A stretch of 64,000 nucleotides of DNA from Planctomycetota bacterium (GTDB taxonomy: Bacteria; Planctomycetota; UBA1135; GCA-002748355), in the NCBI GenBank assembly GCA_027021385.1, contig JALUUL010000054.1:51050-115049 (forward strand). Reading direction: 5' to 3'. This document shows, one piece after another, positions 1 through 8,421 of the stretch. Positions within the stretch are counted from its first letter, which is position 1; the number at the start of each line of letters is the position of its first letter. A program made the translations under genes and the position numbers. The notes under the pieces were generated by a model. It saw only the letters and a program-made list of their open reading frames with translations. It ran no database searches and had not been told where the DNA came from.

Positions 1-2
1 AA

Positions 3-905
3 CCCATCCTGATCCTGGCGAACCCGAGTTCGGGGGGGGGGCTCGCCGGCGAACTCGCCCCCCATCTCGTCGAGTTCCTGGCCGAGAGGGGCCGTCCGAG
101 CGAGGTTTTCTTTTCCAGCGCCCCGGGGCAGATTACCGAGCGCGCGAAGGAGGAGGGAGGAGGAACGACCCCATGGGTCGTCATCGGAGGGGACGGGACG
201 ATCCGGGAGGTCCTCGCGGCCTCTCCCGGTCCGGATCGACCGATCGCCGTCCTCCCGACCGGGAGTGCGAACGTCCTGGCGACCAGCCTCCGACTTCCGA
301 AGGCTCCCCGGGAAACGGTCCGGATGATCGAGGCGGGCCGAACCCGCCTCCTCGACGCCGGGAGGCTTCGGAACCGGGAAGGGACGCGGGATTTCCTGCT
401 GATGTTCGGTTCCGGCTTCGACGGACGCGTCGTACGGGAGGTCCACGAGAAGAGAAAGGGGGGAACCCTCGGGATGTTCCGCTATTTCGGCCCGATTCTC
501 GGGAATCTGTACGGGTTCGAACCGGTCCGTCACTGGATCCGCCTCGAGGATGGGGAGCGCAGGGGACCCTACGACCTCGTCATCGTCACGAACGTCCGCC
601 ATTTCGGAGGCCTCTGGAAATTCCCCGAGGGGATCGAACCCGACGACGGCCTTCTCGACTGCCTGGGCTTCAAGGCCCAGAATGCCTGGAGCCTGATCCG
701 CCTCGGATTTCGCGGCGGTGTCGGCGCCCTCCGGGAGGGGATCGACCTCGAATGCCACCAAGCGGCCAGGATCCGGATCGAAGCGGAGAAGGAGGAGCCG
801 ACCCAGTGCGACGGGGACCCGGGACCCTCCCTTCCGGTGGAGATCACGGTCCTTCCTTCGTGTTTCCGGGCGATCGTGCCTCCGGGAGGAACGAACGATG
901 CGTAG
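3..905 (+). CDS. Lipid kinase of the diacylglycerol-kinase catalytic-domain family (YegS/BmrU-like). The 5' end is cut by the window edge.
   Basis: Frame 3 is open from nt 3. The translation [16 protein letters not shown]...[13 protein letters not shown]...[10 protein letters not shown] carries the NPxSGxG and GGDGT motifs and continues into ORF 324..905. The stop overlaps the kdsA start by 8 nt. Confidence 0.8.
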   Translation, partial: PILILANPSSGGGLAGELAPHLVEFLAERGRPSEVFFSSAPGQITERAKEEGGGTTPWVVIGGDGTIREVLAASPGPDRPIAVLPTGSANVLATSLRLPKAPRETVRMIEAGRTRLLDAGRLRNREGTRDFLLMFGSGFDGRVVREVHEKRKGGTLGMFRYFGPILGNLYGFEPVRHWIRLEDGERRGPYDLVIVTNVRHFGGLWKFPEGIEPDDGLLDCLGFKAQNAWSLIRLGFRGGVGALREGIDLECHQAARIRIEAEKEEPTQCDGDPGPSLPVEITVLPSCFRAIVPPGGTNDA

Positions 906-1716
906 CGTGAGAATCGGCGCCGTCGCCTTCGGAAAAGGGCGCCTCTCGGTCATCGCCGGTCCCTGCGTGCTCGAGGACCCCGACCACGCGATCCGGCACG
1001 CGGAAGCCATCGGGGCGATCTGCGACCGGCTCTCGCTCGGATTCGTCTTCAAGGCTTCCTTCGACAAGGCCAACCGCACCTCGCTGGATTCCTACCGGGG
1101 CCCCGGGCTCGAGGACGGCCTCGCCTGGCTGGCCAGGGTCCGAAGCGAAACGGGAAGGCCGGTCCTCACGGACATCCATGAGCCGGGACAGGCGAAAGCG
1201 GCGTCCGAGTTTGTGGACGCCCTCCAGATTCCGGCCTTCCTCTGCAGGCAGACCGACCTCTGCCTGGCTGCGGGCCGGACCGGGCTGCCGGTCAACATCA
1301 AGAAGGCGCAGTTCCTCGCGCCCGGAGACATGGCCCATCCCCTCGCAAAGGTCAGGGCCGGGGGCTCGGAGGATGTGCTCCTGACCGAACGGGGGAACGT
1401 CTTCGGCTACCGAACCCTCGTCGTCGACATGGCCGGACTCCCCGAACTCCGCTCCCTCGGGGCACCGGTCCTCTTCGACGCCACGCACTCGGTGCAACGC
1501 CCCGGAGGCGAGGGGGATCGGACCGGGGGGGACCGGAGCCGGGTCCTGCCCCTGGCCTCCGCGGCCGCGGCCGCCGGGATCGACGGCCTCTTCCTCGAGG
1601 TCCACGAAAACCCCGACAGGGCCCCTTCCGACGGCCCGAACATGGTTCCCCTGGCGGACCTCGAGACCCTCCTCGAGAGGGTGCTCAGGATCCACGAGGC
1701 GGCCTCCGGGCCTTGA
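898..1716 (+). CDS. kdsA: 3-deoxy-8-phosphooctulonate (KDO8P) synthase
   Basis: ATG at 898 lies inside ORF 718..1716. MRSVRIG...VIAGPCVLE...[12 protein letters not shown]...LTDIHE...[11 protein letters not shown]...NIKKAQFL...[12 protein letters not shown] is collinear with KdsA over the full length. Confidence 0.92.
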   Translation: MRSVRIGAVAFGKGRLSVIAGPCVLEDPDHAIRHAEAIGAICDRLSLGFVFKASFDKANRTSLDSYRGPGLEDGLAWLARVRSETGRPVLTDIHEPGQAKAASEFVDALQIPAFLCRQTDLCLAAGRTGLPVNIKKAQFLAPGDMAHPLAKVRAGGSEDVLLTERGNVFGYRTLVVDMAGLPELRSLGAPVLFDATHSVQRPGGEGDRTGGDRSRVLPLASAAAAAGIDGLFLEVHENPDRAPSDGPNMVPLADLETLLERVLRIHEAASGP

Positions 1717-1788
1717 ACCCGGAAGGACCGGCTGACCCGCCAAGGGATTTTCGGGATTTCCGGAAAGAAGGCTTGCCTTTCGCGTCGA

Positions 1789-1824
1789 TCAAACATACGT
1801 TTGCCCTATTCAAACGTTCGTTTT
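1789..1824 (+). promoter_or_regulatory. Candidate TetR operator: two related palindromic sites 21 bp apart
   Basis: TCAAACATACGTTTG (1789-1803) and TCAAACGTTCGTTTT (1810-1824) both contain AAAC..GTTT inverted arms. They sit in an AT-rich patch just upstream of AAGGAG (1830-1835) and the tetR ATG at 1841. Confidence 0.5.
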
Positions 1825-1840
1825 ACCTCAAGGAGCGCCG

Positions 1841-2563
1841 ATGTCCGAAATTCCTGCGACAGAGAAGGCGGGCGGGGAGACCCGAACGAGATTGCTCGAT
1901 GCGGCCGAACGGCTCTTCGCGCGACACGGGATCGACGCGACCTCCCTCCGGAAGATCACATCCGAAGCCCATGCGAACCTGGCTGCGGTCAACTATCACT
2001 TCGGTTCCAAGGAGGCTCTGATCCGGGAGGTCTTCCTGCGCCGTCTCCACCCGATGAACGAGGAACGGCTCGCGGCATTGGATCGCCTCGAACGGGAATC
2101 GGGGGAGAAGGGCCCCTCTCTCGAGGAGGTCCTCCGGGCCTTCTATCTCCCCGCCCTCACTCTCTGCAGCGGACTGGAGCGGGAGGGTTCCGACTTCCGC
2201 AGGCTGCTCGCGAGGGTCTGGTCCGAACCCCGGGAACTCCTCCGGCCGATCTTCGCCTCCGAGTTCCGGACCCTGGCCGAACGTTTCCAGGCCGCCCTTG
2301 CGCGTTGCCTCCCCGGAGCCTCCTCCGAGGACCTGCGCTGGGGCATCTTCTTCCTGGTCGGAATCCTGACGCACGGACTCCAGATCCCGAACCTCGATCC
2401 CCAGGATCCCCCCGTCTGCCTGCGTCCCGGCGAGGACGTCGAGGCGACCCTGGCCCGCATGGTCCGCTTCGGAGCGGGCGGCCTGCGCGCTCTGGTCCGG
2501 GAAGACGATGGATGTCCGTTCCGGGAAGAAGGCGGGAAGAGGGAAGGAGGGGACATGCAATGA
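1841..2563 (+). CDS. TetR/AcrR-family transcriptional regulator
   Basis: N-terminal helix-turn-helix TRTRLLDAAERLFARHGIDATSLRKITSEAHANLAAVNYHFGSKEAL. AAGGAG ribosome-binding site upstream. The stop overlaps the next ATG (ATGA). Confidence 0.9.
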   Translation: MSEIPATEKAGGETRTRLLDAAERLFARHGIDATSLRKITSEAHANLAAVNYHFGSKEALIREVFLRRLHPMNEERLAALDRLERESGEKGPSLEEVLRAFYLPALTLCSGLEREGSDFRRLLARVWSEPRELLRPIFASEFRTLAERFQAALARCLPGASSEDLRWGIFFLVGILTHGLQIPNLDPQDPPVCLRPGEDVEATLARMVRFGAGGLRALVREDDGCPFREEGGKREGGDMQ

Positions 2564-4068
2564 GAATCTCCGCAATCCCTCCCGCCTCCAAGGAAGGGGA
2601 GCGCCTCTCCTTCCCCGTCCACCGCCCAATCCTCCTCCTGCTGCTCGCTCCGGCGATCGGCTGCCTCGGCGAAGCCCCCGCCCCCGAAGTCCATCCGGAC
2701 CTGGACATCCCCCCCGCCTGGACCGGAGGCGGAGCCTCTCCGGGGTCCCCGCGCGACGACTGGTGGAAGACCTTCGCGGACCCCGCCCTCGAGAATCTGC
2801 TGGCAGAGGGTCTCCGCCGCAATCACGCCCTCGGGGCCGCGGCGGAGCGCCTGCGGGCCGCCGCCGTCCAGGCACGGATCGCAGGGGCGGATCTCTGGCC
2901 CCAGGTCTCCGGCGCCTTCGACGGCGGAAGAACAAAGCGGGTCTTCGTGGGCTTCCCGATTCCCGGCAGCTCCGGCCCCCTGAAATCCTTCACGAATACT
3001 TACGGGGTCTCCTTGGACCTGACCTGGGAAATCGACCTCTGGGGGAGGATCCGGGCCGGCCGGAATGCCGCGCTCAAGGACTTCGAGGCGAAGAAGGCCG
3101 ATCTCGAGGGAGCGCAGCTCTCCCTGTCCGGTCAGATCGCCAAGGCCTGGTTCGCTCTCCGCGAGGCGACCGCCCAGGTCGAATTGGCCGAACGGACCGC
3201 GGCCAACAACCGCCGCACCGTGGAACTCACGAAGGCGCGCTACGCCTCCGGACGAACCGCCCTCCTCGACCTTGAACTCCTCAAGCAGCGGGCGGCCGAC
3301 TCGCTCTCCGCGGTCTCCTCCGCGAAGAGGGCGGAGGACGCGGCCCGGCGCCAGCTCGAGATCCTGATCGGCAGGTACCCGAAGGGGCTACTCCCCACGG
3401 CCTCCGATCTCCCCCCCCTCCCCCCCCTCCCCCCCGCGGGCATCCCCGCCTCCGTCCTCGACCGAAGACCGGATCTCCGCGCTGCCGCGGCCGAAGTCCT
3501 CGCCGATCTCGCCCGGGAACGGGAAGCCAGGGCCTCCCTCTACCCCAGGATCTCCTTGACGACGGGAATTGGAACGCGGAGCGATGAGCTCGGCGACCTG
3601 ATCGACGGGGACTTCTCGGTCTGGAACCTCGCAGGAAACCTCCTGGCTCCGATCTTCCAAGGAGGACGACTCCGGGCACGGGTCGCCCTTCAGGAATCGG
3701 CCACCCGGGAACGCCTCGAGCGCTTCGCCGACCAGGCGCTCCAGGCCTTCAAGGAGGTCGAGACCGCCCTCGCGGCCGAGGATTTCTTGAAAGCGGAGCG
3801 CGCAGCCCTCGCCAAGAGCCTCGAGGCGAGCGAGCGCGCCTACGACCTCGCGAGGGAAAGGTACCTGTCCGGGCGGACGGACGTTCTCCAGCTCCTGGAC
3901 GCCGAGCGATCGACCTTCGCCGTGAGGAGTCGGCTGCTACGACTGGACCTCCTCGCCCTGACGAACCGCATCGACCTCCATCTCGCGCTCGGGGGGAGCT
4001 TCCCCCGGACCGCTCCTCCCGGAGACCCCGTTTCCGTTCTCCCCCACGAGGAGGAGGAACATGAATAG
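2560..4068 (+). CDS. RND efflux outer-membrane factor lipoprotein (NodT/TolC family)
   Basis: ATG at 2560 lies within ORF 1801..4068. Signal peptide with lipobox LAPAIGC. Two TolC-like repeats (DLWPQVSG..., YPRISLTTGIG..., WNLAGNLLAPIFQGGRL). Confidence 0.88.
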   Translation: MRISAIPPASKEGERLSFPVHRPILLLLLAPAIGCLGEAPAPEVHPDLDIPPAWTGGGASPGSPRDDWWKTFADPALENLLAEGLRRNHALGAAAERLRAAAVQARIAGADLWPQVSGAFDGGRTKRVFVGFPIPGSSGPLKSFTNTYGVSLDLTWEIDLWGRIRAGRNAALKDFEAKKADLEGAQLSLSGQIAKAWFALREATAQVELAERTAANNRRTVELTKARYASGRTALLDLELLKQRAADSLSAVSSAKRAEDAARRQLEILIGRYPKGLLPTASDLPPLPPLPPAGIPASVLDRRPDLRAAAAEVLADLAREREARASLYPRISLTTGIGTRSDELGDLIDGDFSVWNLAGNLLAPIFQGGRLRARVALQESATRERLERFADQALQAFKEVETALAAEDFLKAERAALAKSLEASERAYDLARERYLSGRTDVLQLLDAERSTFAVRSRLLRLDLLALTNRIDLHLALGGSFPRTAPPGDPVSVLPHEEEEHE

Positions 4069-5233
4069 GAAAACCTTGAAGGTCCTGCTCCCGATCCTCG
4101 TCCTCCTCGCGGGAAGCGGCGGGGCCTATGCCCTCGTGGCCTCCAGGAAGGCGCCGCCCAGGCAGCGCCGGAAGGTTCCCCCGCCCCTGGTCAGGATCCA
4201 GACCGTCCACCCCTCGACGCACCGCCTTCTCGTCCGAGCGCAGGGGGAAGTCGTCCCGTCCCGCTCGACGACCCTCAGCGCCGAAGTCGGCGGAAGGATC
4301 CTCGAGGTCTCCCCGAGGGTGAAGAGCGGAATGCTCGTGAAGGAAGGGGAGGTCCTGTTCCGGTTGGACTCCAGGGACTATGAGGCCATTCTCGCGAACC
4401 GCAGGGCCCTTCTGGCCTCGGCGAGGCGCAGCCTGATCGAGATCCGGAAGGAGGCGGAACTCGCCGTCTCCGAGTGGAGGGGTCTCGGTCATGCGGGAGA
4501 CCCCGATCCCCTTCTCGCCAAGGAACCCCAGGTCAAGGAAGCCGAGGCGGCCCTCGCCGCCGCCGAGGCGGCCGTCGAGAAGGCCCGCCTCGACGTGGAG
4601 CGATGCGAGATCCGGTCTCCCTACGAGGCGATCGTCGATCGCCGAGACGCCGATCTCGGGCAGATCGTGGCTCCCGGGGCTCCTCTCGCCGAGATCTTCG
4701 CCCTCGATTCGGCCGAGGTCGTCCTTCCGGTCCGCGACGAGGTTCTGGCCTGGCTCGAACTGGACGCGGCCCTCGCCCCCCCGGAAGAATCGATCACCGG
4801 GCCCGAGGTCGTTCTCACCGCCACCTTCGCCGGAGCCCTCCGGCGGTGGAATGCGAGGATCGTAAGGGTCGAGGGACGCGTGGCCGCGCGTACCCGCATG
4901 GTCCGGCTCGTCGCCGAGGTCCGGAATCCGTTCTCCTACACGGTCCCCCTCCGTCCCGGCCTCTTCGTCCGAGCGGAAATCCGTGGGAAACGCATTTCCG
5001 GCGCCTTTCTCGTCGACCGCGCCGCCCTGATCGACGATTCCTCCCTCTACATCGTGGACCCCGACGGCAGGCTCCGCTCGAGAAAGATCACCGTTCTCAA
5101 GAAGAACCGCGGAACAGTGGTCGTCACCCGGGGCCTCGAGGACGGGGACCGCGTCTGCCTGAGCCGTCTGGACACGGTCGTCGAGGGCATGCAGGTCCGG
5201 ATCGACGATTCCCGCGATGGAGCGGGACGGTGA
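4061..5233 (+). CDS. RND efflux periplasmic adaptor (HlyD/MFP family)
   Basis: N-terminal membrane anchor, a coiled-coil hairpin (EAEAALAAAEAAVEKARLDVERCEIRSPYEAIV), then beta-barrel domains. 8 nt overlap with the upstream gene. GTGA overlap with the pump gene. Confidence 0.88.
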   Translation: MNRKTLKVLLPILVLLAGSGGAYALVASRKAPPRQRRKVPPPLVRIQTVHPSTHRLLVRAQGEVVPSRSTTLSAEVGGRILEVSPRVKSGMLVKEGEVLFRLDSRDYEAILANRRALLASARRSLIEIRKEAELAVSEWRGLGHAGDPDPLLAKEPQVKEAEAALAAAEAAVEKARLDVERCEIRSPYEAIVDRRDADLGQIVAPGAPLAEIFALDSAEVVLPVRDEVLAWLELDAALAPPEESITGPEVVLTATFAGALRRWNARIVRVEGRVAARTRMVRLVAEVRNPFSYTVPLRPGLFVRAEIRGKRISGAFLVDRAALIDDSSLYIVDPDGRLRSRKITVLKKNRGTVVVTRGLEDGDRVCLSRLDTVVEGMQVRIDDSRDGAGR

Positions 5234-8200
5234 AGGGCCTCATCTCCTGGTTCGCGGAGAATACGGTCGCCGCGAACCTCCTGATGGTCATGATCCTGGC
5301 GGGGGGCTTCTTCGCGATGACGAGCCTCCGGCAGGAAGTCGTCCCCGAAGTCGAAACCAACAAGGTCGTCGTCTCCGTTCCCTATCCGGGCGCGACGCCC
5401 TCGGAAATCGAGGAGGCGATCTGCGTCAAGATCGAGGAACAGGTCCAGGGTCTGGAAGGCGTGAAGAGGATCACGTCGAGTTCGAAGGAGAATCTCGGGA
5501 CCGTCACGATCGAGGCCTTGAACGGCACCGACATGACGAGGCTCCTCAGCGACGTGAAGAGCAGGGTCGACGCGATCGACACCTTCCCCAAGGACGCGGA
5601 GGAACCCGTCGTCAAGGAAGTAGAACTCGTCCTGGAGGTCATGAGTCTCGCGCTCACCGGACCCACGGGGGAACGGGATCTCGTCCGCCTGGGAGAGCGC
5701 CTCCGCGACGAGATTTCGAACCTTCCGGGCATCACCAGAGTCGAACTCGTCGGTAAGAGGCCCTGGGAGATCTCGATCGAGGTGTCCGAGGAGGCTTTGC
5801 GGAAACACGGCCTGACCTTCGAAGCCGTGGCCAACGCGGTCCGCCGCGCGAGTCTCGATCTTCCCGGGGGAACGATCCATGCGAAGGCGGGGGAGATTCT
5901 CGTCCGGAGTCTGGGACAGGGGTATTCCGGAGCGGATTTCGAGGCGCTCCCCTTGTTGACACTCGCCGACGGCAGCCGCCTCCTCCTCGGTGAGGTCGCA
6001 AAGGTCGTGGATTCCTTCGCGGAAGTGGACAACGAAGTCTTCTTCGACGGATCCAAGGCCCTCCTGATCAAGGTTTTCCGGGTCGGCGACCAGAGCGCCC
6101 TCGCGATCGCGGAGACGACGAAGGAGTGGATGGAATCGGCGGCCGAACGACTTCCCGAGGGAGTAAGGCTTTCGGTCTGGCACGATGACGCCCGGCTCCT
6201 GGCGGGACGTCTCGGACTGCTCCTCAGGAACGGGAGGAACGGTTTTCTGCTCGTCTTCCTGTGCCTCGCCCTTTTTCTCCGCCTGAGGCTCGCCTTCTGG
6301 GTCAGCTTCGGCATTCCCCTGAGCTTCCTCGGGGCCGTGTGGCTCATGCCCGGACTCGACGTCACGGTCAACATGATCTCCCTCTTCGGGTTCATCGTGG
6401 TCCTGGGAATCATCGTGGACGACGCGATCGTCGTCGGGGAGAACATATTCACCCACCTCCAGAAGGGGGTCCCGATCCGGGAGGCCGTGAAGAAGGGTGC
6501 GATCCAGGTCGCCGTCCCCGTCGTGTTCGCGGTCTTGACGACGATCGCCGCCTTCTCCCCGATGCTCGGCCTCCCCGGAACGATGGGACAGTTCGCGAGA
6601 AACATCCCCCTGGTCGTCGTCGCTTGTCTGGTCTTCTCGCTCATCGAGTCCCTCTTGGTGCTTCCCGCCCATCTCCGGCACCTGAGACAGGAGCATGAAC
6701 CGAAGGGAATCGCCAAGATCTGGTACGGGTTCCAGGGCATCTTCACGAGAGGACTCGAAACCTTCATCGAACGCGTTTACCAGCCCTCCCTGCATTGGGC
6801 CCTCGAGTGGCGGTACCTGACTCTCTCGATCGGGCTGGCGACGGTCCTTTTCTTCGTCGGGCTCGTGGCGGCCGGTTGGCTCAAGTTCAACTTCTTCCCG
6901 AAGATCGATTCCGACAATGTATCCGTCGCTCTGACGATGCCGATGGGGACTCCCAAGCGCAGGACGGAGTCCGTGATCCGCGGAATCGAGGACAAGGTCG
7001 AGATCCTGAAGAAGGAGTTCCCCGGAGCCGTGAAGCACGTCCTGAGCGCGATCGGGGACCAACCCTACCTGCGCCGCCAGATGAGAATCACCGGAGGCGA
7101 CGCGGATGAGTACAGTTCCTCCCCCCAGATCGGAGAAGTGACGCTCGAACTCACCCCCTCGGAGGAACGAAGCGTCTCCAGCAGCGTGCTCGCCTCCCGC
7201 TGGAGGGAGTTGGTGGGCGAGATCCCCGAGGCCGTCGCGGTCTCCTTCAACTCCAACATGATGAACAGCGGAGCCGATCTGAACATCCAGCTTTCCGCCC
7301 CCGACTTCGAAACCCTCCGCAACGGGGCCGAGATCCTCAAGAGAAGACTCGGCGACTACCCCGGCGTCTTCAACCTCGCGGACTCCTTCCGGGTCGGAAA
7401 ACAGGAGATCCGGGTCAGGATCCGCCCTGAGGCCGAAACCCTGGGACTCCGCCAGACGGATCTCGCCAGGCAACTCCGCCAGGCGATCTACGGAGAGGAA
7501 GCGCAACGAGTCCAGCGGGGGAGGGACGACGTCAAGGTCATGGTCCGCTACACGACGGAGGAGCGACAAAGCCTGTCGCTCCTCGACGAGATGAGGATCC
7601 GCACACGGAACGGAGACGAGGTCCCTCTTTCCGTCGTCGCGGAAATCGAAACGAGTCGGGAACTCGCGGAAATCCAGCGATCCGACCGGCAGCGATCCGT
7701 CCAGATCACCGCGGAGGTCGACGACCGCATCGCAAACAGCAACGAGATCCTCGCCGACGTGAAGGCGAAGGTTCTCCCCGGGCTCACCGGCAACTTCCCG
7801 GGAATGACATGGAGCTTCGAAGGGCAACAAAGGGAACAGAGGGATTTCGTCGAGGGCATGAAGAAGCAGGCCATGCTCGCTCTCGTTCTGATCTACATCC
7901 TCCTCGCGATCCCCTTCCGTTCCTACGTGCAGCCGATGATCATCATGAGCGTCATCCCTTTCGGCCTCGTCGGGGCGATCCTCGGCCACCTCCTCCTGGG
8001 ATTCGACCTCACGATGATGTCGCTGATCGGAATCATCGCGCTCGCGGGCGTCGTCGTGAACGACAGCCTCGTCATCGTGGATTTCGTCAACCGCGCGAGG
8101 CGCGGGGGGACGCCTCTCGTCGAAGCCGTGGAGCAATCGGGTGCCTCACGGTTCCGGCCGATCCTCCTCACCTCTCTCACGACCTTCGCGGGACTCCTTC

Positions 8201-8421
8201 CGATGCTCATGGAGCGCAGCCTCCAGGCCAAGTTCCTGATCCCGATGGCCGTCTCCCTCGGCTTCGGCATCATTTTCGCAACCGTTATCACCCTGGTCTT
8301 CGTCCCCTGCTTCTACCTGGTCATCGAGGACGTCCTCGGCATCTTCCGCTCAGAAGCGGGTCCCCCGGCGGATCCCGAAGGCGGGGTCCCCCGCGATCCA
8401 TTCAGGCTCTTTCCTCTGTAG
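5230..8421 (+). CDS. RND inner-membrane efflux pump (AcrB/AcrD/AcrF family)
   Basis: GTG at 5230 in the frame of ORF 4474..8421. VKGLISWFAENTVAANLLMVMILAGG...VSVPYPGATPSEIEE and 12-TM RND architecture with two large periplasmic loops. The upstream 252 codons of the ORF are Arg/Pro-rich shadow sequence. Confidence 0.9.
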   Translation: MKGLISWFAENTVAANLLMVMILAGGFFAMTSLRQEVVPEVETNKVVVSVPYPGATPSEIEEAICVKIEEQVQGLEGVKRITSSSKENLGTVTIEALNGTDMTRLLSDVKSRVDAIDTFPKDAEEPVVKEVELVLEVMSLALTGPTGERDLVRLGERLRDEISNLPGITRVELVGKRPWEISIEVSEEALRKHGLTFEAVANAVRRASLDLPGGTIHAKAGEILVRSLGQGYSGADFEALPLLTLADGSRLLLGEVAKVVDSFAEVDNEVFFDGSKALLIKVFRVGDQSALAIAETTKEWMESAAERLPEGVRLSVWHDDARLLAGRLGLLLRNGRNGFLLVFLCLALFLRLRLAFWVSFGIPLSFLGAVWLMPGLDVTVNMISLFGFIVVLGIIVDDAIVVGENIFTHLQKGVPIREAVKKGAIQVAVPVVFAVLTTIAAFSPMLGLPGTMGQFARNIPLVVVACLVFSLIESLLVLPAHLRHLRQEHEPKGIAKIWYGFQGIFTRGLETFIERVYQPSLHWALEWRYLTLSIGLATVLFFVGLVAAGWLKFNFFPKIDSDNVSVALTMPMGTPKRRTESVIRGIEDKVEILKKEFPGAVKHVLSAIGDQPYLRRQMRITGGDADEYSSSPQIGEVTLELTPSEERSVSSSVLASRWRELVGEIPEAVAVSFNSNMMNSGADLNIQLSAPDFETLRNGAEILKRRLGDYPGVFNLADSFRVGKQEIRVRIRPEAETLGLRQTDLARQLRQAIYGEEAQRVQRGRDDVKVMVRYTTEERQSLSLLDEMRIRTRNGDEVPLSVVAEIETSRELAEIQRSDRQRSVQITAEVDDRIANSNEILADVKAKVLPGLTGNFPGMTWSFEGQQREQRDFVEGMKKQAMLALVLIYILLAIPFRSYVQPMIIMSVIPFGLVGAILGHLLLGFDLTMMSLIGIIALAGVVVNDSLVIVDFVNRARRGGTPLVEAVEQSGASRFRPILLTSLTTFAGLLPMLMERSLQAKFLIPMAVSLGFGIIFATVITLVFVPCFYLVIEDVLGIFRSEAGPPADPEGGVPRDPFRLFPL

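Noticed and set aside
1801-2559. Upstream extensions of the OMF ORF (1801..2559), the RND ORF (4474..5229), the TlpA ORF (33831..35231), the GYF ORF (54865..55266), the GNAT ORF (55821..56189) and the AtuA-C-like ORF (27021..27851).
   Set aside because: Each extension overlaps a better-supported gene in another frame and has Arg/Pro-rich composition. Internal starts preceded by signal peptides, ribosome-binding sites or 4 nt start/stop overlaps give proteins of the expected family length.
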